Position numbers and translations under genes: made by a program. A DNA stretch of 64,000 bases, taken from NCBI RefSeq assembly GCF_036625275.1, contig NZ_JAZKUD010000006.1, positions 11,716 to 75,715 of the forward strand, written 5' to 3'. Below, piece by piece: positions 31,998 to 40,400 of this stretch (the stretch's first letter is position 1; each line of letters opens with the position of its first letter). Source of the DNA: Accumulibacter sp. (GTDB lineage Bacteria > Pseudomonadota > Gammaproteobacteria > Burkholderiales > Rhodocyclaceae). The notes below the pieces were generated by a model. That model did not search any database, was not told where the DNA came from, and saw only the letters and a list, made by a program, of their open reading frames with translations.

Positions 31998-33387
31998 TGC
32001 CGGCCTTGTGGAAGCGCCCGACAAGCTCCTGCAGCTTCCTGATGTCTTCATCGGACAGCTGGCCCTGCGGGGCGTGCATGAGCTGGATGCGCCGGAAATC
32101 ACTCGTGAAGCCGTTGAAGATGCGTTCGTAGCCGCTGCGATCCGGGGCCGTGGCGTCGATGCCAATGGGCAGCACGAATGCGTCGTTGACCCGCATCGCC
32201 CGCATGACGGCCTTACGCCATTCCTCCCAGAATACTCCTTCGCGACGGCGGTCAGCCTGTTTCGACAGCACCGGCACGAAGAAGTCACAATGCTCGATAG
32301 CGTCGTCGATACGGTCGGACCAGTCGTCGCCGGCGATCAGCTTGCGCTGGTCGAACCAGACGTCGCCGAACTTGAGTTCGACCAGCGCATCGGCGACACG
32401 CCGCGCCGCTGCGCGATCCTCGCTGGCATAGCTGACAAATACCGAAGGACTGGCCCCAGCCGCCGCGCCAGGCTTTGCCACCACCGGCACGGCATGCCTT
32501 GGTGCAGGCCCGAGCAGCGCCTCAAGCTCGGCAACGAATTCCGATGGTGACCATGGAAACACTGTCGCGTTGGGGTTGAAACGCGCGAGGAACGAATTCA
32601 GCCCAGGGTCCTGAGCGTCGGCGGCGAAGAACTCCATTTTTTTGTCCTGCGAGGACAAGCGTGCCTCGTTGGCCAGACGCAGAAAGCCGCGTCCCAACCA
32701 GTCCGGCAGGTTGCAACCAAGAAACAGCAGGTCGCGGCTGCGCATTTCGGTCAGCAGGTTGGGCGCGCGCCGCGTGCCTTCCTCTTGAAACTTGTAGAAG
32801 TACTCGAGGGCATCTTCCTCGTGGATGGCCAGTCGCGTGCCGGTAGCGCTACGCCCCAGTGGAAAGAACACTCTGGTCGTACCGGCGCACGCCGGTGAGA
32901 CGTCTACGGGTTGCGAACTGTCGGCGTTGGGCGAGTAGGCCCCCACCTTGACTGCATCGGCACCGAGCAGGCGCTGCAGTGCGTCTACGAGCAGGTCATC
33001 GGGCGTCAAGCAGATGTAGAGGTCGAATACGTGCAGGCGGGCAAGCCGATCGAGCAGCGGAGACGCCGTGATGCCCGACGCTGCGTCCTTGACGATAGCC
33101 GAAACCGAGCGCCGCACGCGCTCTGTACTCACGTCGCTGTGATCTGCGAGCACCTGGGCCACGCCGCGATGCAACAGCCAGCCACTGCTCCCGGTTGCTG
33201 CCGGCAGTATGCTGCCGTAAGTGGCGAGCAATTGGTCCACGACGACGCGGTAAAACGGTAAGTGGGTGCATTCGCCATCGGTAGTGACGTTCTCCACTGT
33301 CACCATCTCGGGTCCGAGCACCGGCACGACGCAGTGTGCGCGCAGCGCTTCAGCAAGGCTCTGTCGGCCCGCGAGCAGACGATCCAC
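31990..33387 (-). CDS. SIR2-like domain + C-terminal TIR (TIR_2) protein (start uncertain)
   Basis: VVPVLG and LLFLGC.LPDWL (SIR2_2-like); SVFVSYASED..VWFD...GDDW..I..CDFFVPVLS..EEW (TIR). Confidence 0.8.
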   Translation of the reverse strand: MDRLLAGRQSLAEALRAHCVVPVLGPEMVTVENVTTDGECTHLPFYRVVVDQLLATYGSILPAATGSSGWLLHRGVAQVLADHSDVSTERVRRSVSAIVKDAASGITASPLLDRLARLHVFDLYICLTPDDLLVDALQRLLGADAVKVGAYSPNADSSQPVDVSPACAGTTRVFFPLGRSATGTRLAIHEEDALEYFYKFQEEGTRRAPNLLTEMRSRDLLFLGCNLPDWLGRGFLRLANEARLSSQDKKMEFFAADAQDPGLNSFLARFNPNATVFPWSPSEFVAELEALLGPAPRHAVPVVAKPGAAAGASPSVFVSYASEDRAAARRVADALVELKFGDVWFDQRKLIAGDDWSDRIDDAIEHCDFFVPVLSKQADRRREGVFWEEWRKAVMRAMRVNDAFVLPIGIDATAPDRSGYERIFNGFTSDFRRIQLMHAPQGQLSDEDIRKLQELVGRFHKAGNG

Positions 33388-33624
33388 GTCAGGGATGACC
33401 CGATAGCCAAGGGATGACAGCGATGGCCCGCATGCTGGCTTTCTGATACGTGAAAAGGGTAGAAAATCAACGCTATGTCGGAAAGTATCGCGCGTCACGA
33501 CAGCCGCAGTCAATCGAATCATGAGCCTGTGGGTTGACACTTCCCGGACCCTGGTCATCGATCCAAAGAAGGATCACCCGCACGGTCAGGATCATGAAAT
33601 ATCACATTCAGGCGGCAAACAGGC

Positions 33625-33653
33625 TTGAATTATTGAAATTTGAAGTGTATGCT
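33625..33653 (+). promoter_or_regulatory. Sigma70-like promoter upstream of the riboswitch
   Basis: TTGAAT-N17-TATGCT in an AT-rich tract about 20 nt before the aptamer. Confidence 0.6.
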
Positions 33654-33674
33654 GGATTCCATAGTCTCACTGAA

Positions 33675-33758
33675 AAGGGCAAACCCGTCGAAAGGCGGGG
33701 ACGCAAAGTCACCGATCTAACGGAAACGGCATGTTTCCCAGGATGGCGGGGCCGCCAG
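33675..33758 (+). ncRNA. Cyclic di-GMP-I (GEMM) riboswitch
   Basis: GGCAAACCCGTC-GAAA-GGCGGG-GACGCAAAG..CCGATCTAA...ATGGCGGGGCCGCC fits the consensus: GNRA tetraloop, receptor-type P2 and closing P1. Confidence 0.9.
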
Positions 33759-33934
33759 GCTAACGGAGACAGCGTCCGGACAAATTCCCCAGTCTTGGTC
33801 GCAGTCGATCCACCTCCAGCCCGTCGGATCTCCAGAAAGTTTCATCTCTGCCCAACGGTTGACCTTGCACCAGCCCGCAGTTTTTGCGGCCAGGCCGTGC
33901 GTCTTTTTGGCGCCAGCGACAAGGAAAACCGACG

Positions 33935-34213
33935 ATGGCATTTCAATTCGACAAGGTAAGCAGCTTTCTCGGTGGCGACCGGTCGGTCGCCAAGCCTGAT
34001 CGTTTCCGTAGGCCTGTTGAAGCACGGACACGCGTGGCCTGGTTGCTGGGGCGACTGGGCGAAGTCAGTGGACTGGCCGTCTGCGCCACACACGCCACAA
34101 TTTCCAAGGTGTTTACCCTCAAGTTCGGCGGCTTGCATGCCGTTGATTCAAGCATACCCTTCGGCAGCTTGCCGTCATGCTTACCATTTAAGCAGCTCTG
34201 GCCAACCACATGA
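33935..34213 (+). CDS. Possible 92-aa leader ORF coupled to pilE
   Basis: AAGGA SD 9 nt before the ATG; the stop overlaps the pilE start (ATGA). No family recognised. Confidence 0.3.
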   Translation: MAFQFDKVSSFLGGDRSVAKPDRFRRPVEARTRVAWLLGRLGEVSGLAVCATHATISKVFTLKFGGLHAVDSSIPFGSLPSCLPFKQLWPTT

Positions 34214-34638
34214 AAGCGAATTCCGGATTCACCCTGATCGAGGTGATCAGCGTCATCGCGATCATCAGTATTCTGGCGGCGATCGCCGTTCCAAATTACA
34301 TCGACTATCTGACCAAGGGGCGGATCACCGAGGCGGTTGGTGCGCTCGCCAGTATGGAGGTCAGGATGCAACAGCATTTCCTCGATGAGCGTACCTATGT
34401 CGGGGCCTGTGCGGCCGGTACGGTGGCACCTCTGCCGACCAATACCAGCAATTTCACGTTTACATGCTCCGGTCTTGGCGCGGCGGCTTATCAGGTGGAT
34501 GCCACCGGGAAGAGCAGCATGGCGGGCTTTCAATACCGGATTACAGCGGCTGGCAAAAGCACGGTTGCCCTGCCAAGTGGCTGGACTCTCCCGAGTCCGA
34601 ATACCTGCTTCGCGCTGAATAAAGCCGGGGGGTGTTGA
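34210..34638 (+). CDS. pilE: Type IV minor pilin PilE
   Basis: Prepilin site G/FTLIEV followed by A.IA.PNY..Y..K.R..EA. Confidence 0.9.
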   Translation: MKANSGFTLIEVISVIAIISILAAIAVPNYIDYLTKGRITEAVGALASMEVRMQQHFLDERTYVGACAAGTVAPLPTNTSNFTFTCSGLGAAAYQVDATGKSSMAGFQYRITAAGKSTVALPSGWTLPSPNTCFALNKAGGC

Positions 34639-34641
34639 GCG

Positions 34642-35121
34642 ATGTTGGGCCATCCGCGTGGATTCACCATGGTCGAAGTTCTGGTGGTCATTACCATCCT
34701 GAGCGTTCTGCTGGCGTTTGGCGTTCCGGCCCTCGGTACCTATACGGGAAATGTCCGTCTGCGGACGGCCGCGGAAAAGGTCCTTGCCGACCTGCAGAGG
34801 GCTCGCAGCGAAGCCATTCGCCTGAACAGCAATTCCCCGCCGTTCTTTCCCTCGGAGACGCCAGCTTCGGTGGTGATCACCAGCAGCGTGAACGACAGTA
34901 GCGGTGGGCATGATCTCGTGTTCACTCCGTTCGGTGGAACCACCCTGGCGTCTACCGCGGTGTACACCTTCACCAATCCGGTTGCCGGGGCCTGCCATGC
35001 GGATGGTGGCCCGATACGCTGCCTGAATGTTTTTATAACCACGGGTGGCGGGGCTCGCCTGTGCGACCCCGGCCTGACCACCGCTCAAAAAGCGGCGGGT
35101 GATACGAGGGCATGTCCATAA
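34642..35121 (+). CDS. fimT: GspH/FimT family minor pilin
   Basis: G/FTMVEV, A..L.ADLQ.ARSEAI and F.PFG. Confidence 0.85.
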   Translation: MLGHPRGFTMVEVLVVITILSVLLAFGVPALGTYTGNVRLRTAAEKVLADLQRARSEAIRLNSNSPPFFPSETPASVVITSSVNDSSGGHDLVFTPFGGTTLASTAVYTFTNPVAGACHADGGPIRCLNVFITTGGGARLCDPGLTTAQKAAGDTRACP

Positions 35122-35630
35122 TGAAGACTCTTGAACGTTCTCAATCCGGCAGCGTGTTGCTGGAGGCACTGATCGGCATTCTGATCTTTTCTCTGGGCAT
35201 CCTGTCGATGGTGGCGCTGGGAGCCACGGCAGTCAACGTGCAGGCCGATGCACAGTATCGCACCGAGGCGATGAATCTGGCCGAGCGAATCTTGAGCCAG
35301 ATCTGGACCGGAGTCGACCGGACCCAGGAAACCATCAATGGAGTCGTCATGTCCGTGGTGAGCACCAGCTCCCTCAACAATTACCAGCACTTCAGCACTG
35401 GGGACAACTGCGTATTCACCGGGTCGGCTTCGACCATGCCGGCGGTTGTCGACTGGGTCGCCACCTTGCTGCCTACTGGCAAGCCTTCCCCGTTGCCCGG
35501 CTCGACCGCGGGAAGACAGCAAATCAAGGTGGTTCCTGCGAACAACAACCAGGTCAGCATCACGATTTGCTGGCAGACGCCTTCGGATAACAAGGTGCGC
35601 CACTACACCCTGGTGAGCTATGTCAACTGA
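35121..35630 (+). CDS. pilV: Type IV minor pilin PilV
   Basis: G/SVLLEALI..LIFSLGIL; C-terminal V.ITICWQ.P. Confidence 0.85.
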   Translation: MKTLERSQSGSVLLEALIGILIFSLGILSMVALGATAVNVQADAQYRTEAMNLAERILSQIWTGVDRTQETINGVVMSVVSTSSLNNYQHFSTGDNCVFTGSASTMPAVVDWVATLLPTGKPSPLPGSTAGRQQIKVVPANNNQVSITICWQTPSDNKVRHYTLVSYVN

Positions 35631-36732
35631 TTTCCCGCTGCGACGCATCCTGGCGCACAAGAGTGCGCCGATGCGTTTTGGCAGGGGCTTCACGCTGACC
35701 GAGTTGCTGGTCGGCGTGGCGATCGGATTGATCGGCATCATCGCCATGTTCCACGTCCTGTCGACGTGGGACAAGACGAAGCGGACGACCGCTGCCGGGA
35801 GCGATGCACAGATTGCCGGGGCGGTGGGCTTTTTCCGCCTCGAGCGCGATGTCAAGCAGGGAGGCATGGGTTTTGGCATGGCCAAGAGTCCGGTGATGGG
35901 TTGTAACGTTTCCACAGTCGTTAACGCAACGGCCACGACGACGGCACGGACTGCATTCACGTTTCCTCTGGTGCCCGTGAGGATCATTCAGGGGGCCAGT
36001 GGTGCGCCCGACGGCTTGCAGGTGCTTTATGGCAATTCCACCTTCTTCACCGCCGAGCAACCCTTCAAGGCATCCACCAGCACCAGCAAGAAAACCGAGT
36101 CGCGAAATGGTTTCAAGGTGGGTGATGTGGTGGTCGTTTCTGACGGTGCGTCGAATTGTGCGTTGATCGAAGTCTCCAGCGATACCAATGCCGATTTGCT
36201 GACGCTCGACCACAACGGGCTGTTGCGCTTTAAACCCGGTCCGGGAGCGGCCTTCAGTTCCGGCCTCCTTTTCAACATGGGCAAGGAACCCCAGCTCAAC
36301 CTCTGGCAGGTGTCCAATGGGACCCTGGTGCTGACCGATGGCTTGTATCGCAATACCACCATCTCGGTCGCCGACGGGGTGATCGATCTGCAGGCACAGT
36401 ATGGCATCGACAGCGATGGCGACTACAAGGTCGATACCTGGCAGGATGCCGATCCGGCCGACTGGACCCGTCTGCTGGCGGTGCGTGTATCGATCCTGAC
36501 ACGCAGCCAGCAGTATGAGCCCTCGCGCGCCGGCCCCGTTTATGTCACCGCCACGGCGCCGGTCTTGTCCTGGCTGGACAGCAGCAATGCCGCGATCCCC
36601 TTCACCATGAAAAATGTCGACGGTACCGATGACGATAATCCCGACAATGACAACGACTGGCGGAATTATCGCTACCGCGTCTATGGTGGGGTGATTTCCC
36701 TGCGCAACATGGTCTGGGGTCTCTCGCCATGA
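35620..36732 (+). CDS. pilW: Type IV minor pilin PilW
   Basis: G/FTLTELLV; C-terminal LQAQYG.D, VRVSIL.RS and YRY.V....ISLRN. Confidence 0.88.
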   Translation: MSTDFPLRRILAHKSAPMRFGRGFTLTELLVGVAIGLIGIIAMFHVLSTWDKTKRTTAAGSDAQIAGAVGFFRLERDVKQGGMGFGMAKSPVMGCNVSTVVNATATTTARTAFTFPLVPVRIIQGASGAPDGLQVLYGNSTFFTAEQPFKASTSTSKKTESRNGFKVGDVVVVSDGASNCALIEVSSDTNADLLTLDHNGLLRFKPGPGAAFSSGLLFNMGKEPQLNLWQVSNGTLVLTDGLYRNTTISVADGVIDLQAQYGIDSDGDYKVDTWQDADPADWTRLLAVRVSILTRSQQYEPSRAGPVYVTATAPVLSWLDSSNAAIPFTMKNVDGTDDDNPDNDNDWRNYRYRVYGGVISLRNMVWGLSP

Positions 36733-37316
36733 GCACGCTGGCAAGGCCGGCTGCCCTCCATGCAGGTTCGCCGGGCCATCAGCAAGGCATGGTAGTTCTG
36801 ATTGCACTGGTCATGCTGGTCGCCATGACCATGGCCGGTCTGACCATGATGCGCGGGACCGGGACCGGTCTCGGGATTGCCGGCAATCTGGCTTTCAAGC
36901 AGACGGCCACTTCGGTGGCGGATGTCGGTGTGGAAAATGCGATTGCCTGGCTGACCAATCCCCTGCGCACATCCGAGGTTCTCAAGACCGACGACACCGC
37001 CGCCGGCTATTACTCGTCATGGGCGATCGACTTTTCGCCGATGACCTATGACTGGACGAATTCGAAATTGCTCACCGCCGATGACGGTTTGGGAAATGAA
37101 GTGCGATACGTCGTTCATCGTCTCTGCGAGACGGCTGGTCTGGCCCCGAACGCCGTCCTCCAGAAGTGTGCGACGGTGAATACACCCTGTGCAAGTTGTT
37201 CGAAGGGGGGCGATGCCAGTTCGCTGATCGATTCGGTTCAACCCTATTACCGGATCACTTCACGGGTCAGGGGACCGCGAAATACGGTCAGCTATGTCCA
37301 GGTGATCATGTATTAG
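36729..37316 (+). CDS. pilX: Type IV minor pilin PilX
   Basis: G/MVVLIALV (no Glu at +5), IAGN.AFKQ and YYRIT.RV.GPRNT. Confidence 0.88.
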   Translation: MSTLARPAALHAGSPGHQQGMVVLIALVMLVAMTMAGLTMMRGTGTGLGIAGNLAFKQTATSVADVGVENAIAWLTNPLRTSEVLKTDDTAAGYYSSWAIDFSPMTYDWTNSKLLTADDGLGNEVRYVVHRLCETAGLAPNAVLQKCATVNTPCASCSKGGDASSLIDSVQPYYRITSRVRGPRNTVSYVQVIMY

Positions 37317-37434
37317 GAGTGCAGGTGGCCCTGTCAGGGGTTGCCGCGAGTTTAACAAGCATCAGGTCGGGTCCCGCCGGGATTCGATTCGGGTTCAGTA
37401 GTGGCAATGGTCGTTGCTGCCAAGGAGAACTGTC

Positions 37435-40400
37435 ATGGGCGATTTCAGGAAATTGAGAGTGGTTGGTCTCTTGCCAGGCGTATGCCGTGTTCTTGCGGGA
37501 CTGTCCATGATGGTTGCGTTGGGCGTGGCTGATGCCGCATTGACCGATGTGTCCGACGCCCCGTTCTACAATTCCACCTCCTCGCAGCTCAAGCCGAACA
37601 TCATGCTGCTCATGGACACTTCCAACTCGATGCGTTTCTCGCACATGCCGGATCAGATCGAGGGAACCAATAGCGGCTTGATGCCCATCGGTTACAAGAG
37701 TTATCAGTGCAACGTGCTCTATTACAACCCGAACCGGGTTTACGAGATTCCCAAGGATAGCTCGGGGAGTGCCTTGCCGACGCCCAGTTTCACCGCCGCA
37801 CCCTACAATTATTTTTCGACCGATGCGAGCACCAGGAATCTATCCGCCAGTTTCCAGGCTTATGACACCTCGACCCGGCAGTATCAGACGGTCTCGGACC
37901 CCGAACAAGCCGCCTATTACTATCTGCATTCGGTTGCCGGTACGAAGAACTATCTGAATACTCCCTGTACCGATGCGGATGTCGGGGCGACGGTTCCCGC
38001 CGGCGACGGTGGCACGTGGACTCGGGTCCTGGTGTCATCGACCTCGGGACCCGGCGGGGTCGATGAACGGCAGAATTTTGCCAACTGGTACACTTTCTAC
38101 CGGACCCGGATCAGTCTGATCAAAAGCGCCGTCAGCCTCGCCTTCATGCCCTTGACGGACAGCAGTCGTGTCGGTTTCATCACCGTCAATCCCGATCTGA
38201 GCGGCAGCGCCAACTACCTGCCGATCGCCGATTTCAATGCGACGCAGCGAAGCAACTGGTTCAACACGCTGTTCAGCCAGGTGCCGGGCGGATCTTCTCC
38301 TTCGCGTGAGGGACTGGCGCGGGTCGGTCGACACTTTGCCGGCAAGCAGGACGGCATCAACAGTGGCATGAGCGGTGACCCGATCCAGTTTTCGTGCCAG
38401 CAGAATTTCACCATCATGACCACCGACGGTTACTGGAACGTGGCGGCCGAAACCGCTGGTCCGGTGATGATCGACGGGGCGACGCAGGTCGGCCAGCAGG
38501 ATGGCACGCTCGACATCGTGGTCGACAATACCCACTGGACGCAGCGCCCGATGTGGGACGGGGGGGCCGACACCTTGCGCGTGATTACCGACAAGACCAC
38601 CCAGTATCGTTCGGTCATCTGCGTCAGCCCCTACGCCAACCAAACCACCTCGCAGACCCTGCAGAGCACTTCGCAGAATTTGCAGAGCACCACGCAGAAC
38701 CTGCAGAGTACCGCGCAGAACCTGCAAAGCACGCTGCAGAATCTGAAGAGCACCTCGCAACTGACGAAAAGCACCTCGCAGATCACGCAAAGTACGCTGC
38801 AGAACCTGCAAAGCACGTCTCAGAAACTGAAGAGCACCTCGCAACTCACCCGGAGTACCTCACAGCTCACGCAAAGCACCTCGCAGAATCTGAAAAGTAC
38901 AGTGCAAAAATTCAGGAGCACCTCGCAACTTACCCGGAGTACCTCGCAGCTTACGCAAAGCACCTCACAGAACACGCAAAGTACGCTGCAGAACCTGAGA
39001 AGCACTTCTCAGGTCACGAAGAGCACCTCGCAGGCCACGCAAAGCACGTCACAGCTCACGCAAAGTACGCTGCAGAACCTGCAAAGCACTTCCCAGCCCA
39101 CACGGAGCACCTCGCAGATCACGGTCAGCACACTCAAGGCCTATCAGTCGACCAGCCAGATCCTCCAATATGACGCTACCACTGAACTGACCACGCCCGT
39201 GGCAAGCTGCACGCCGGGCGGCAACATTTCCTGCACGACGGTAACCACCGGCCCGACCCTGGTGGCTTCGTGCACGCCCGTGGCGGCTGCAGCAGGCAAC
39301 CTTTATACGGCAACGACCTGCTCCTCTTCGACCACCGGGCCGACCGCCGCGGCTTCGTGTACGCCTGCCAGTGCTTCCGCGGGCAATGGTTACACCACCA
39401 CCACCTGCAACACCGTGACCACCGGGCCAACGCCCGTGGCCAGCTGCACGCCAGCGGCTGCCGATGCCGGCAACAGCTATACGACCACCACCTGCAACAC
39501 CGTGACCACCGGACCCACGCCGGTGTCCACCTGTACGCCGGTGACCGGTGCGGCTGGCAACGGCTATACGACGGTGACCTGTTCGTCCGCGACCACCGGG
39601 CCTACCGGCGTGGCCTCGTGTACGCCAGTGGCCGCTTCTTCCGGCAACAGCTATACGGCCACGACCTGCAACACCGTGACTACCGGACCCACCGGCGTGG
39701 CGTCGTGTACGCCGGTGGCCGCGTCTGCCGGCAACAGCTACACGGCGACGACCTGCAACACCGTGACCACCGGACCCACCGGCGTGGCGTCGTGTACGCC
39801 TGCGGCCGCTTCTTCCGGCAACAGCTATACGGCGACGACCTGCAACACCGTGACCACCGGGCCCACTGCCGTCGCGTCGTGTACGCCCGCGAGCGCTTCT
39901 TCCGGCAATAGCTATACGGCCACAACCTGTTCCACGGCCACCACCGGGCCCACTGCGGTAGCCACTTGTACGCCGGTAGCGGCGTCTTCCGGTAACAGCT
40001 ATACGGCCACGACCTGCGCCACCGTGACCACCGGACCCACCGGCGTGGCGTCGTGTACGCCGGTGGCGGCGTCTGCCGGAAACAGCTACACGGCGACGAC
40101 CTGCAACACCGTGACCACCGGACCCACCGGCGTGGCATCCTGTACACCCGCGACGGCCGCTGCCGGCAACAGCTATACGACCACGACCTGCAACACCGTG
40201 ACCACCGGGCCGACTGCGGTGGCGTCGTGTACGCCTGCGACCGCTTCTTCCAGCAATAGCTATACGACAAGGACCTGTTCGACCGTGACCACCGGGCCTA
40301 CTCCGGTGGCGACGTGTACGCCGGTGTCCGCGTCTTCCGGCAACAGCTATACGGCGACGACCTGTTCGACCGCGACTACCGGGCCGACCGGCGTGGCGAC

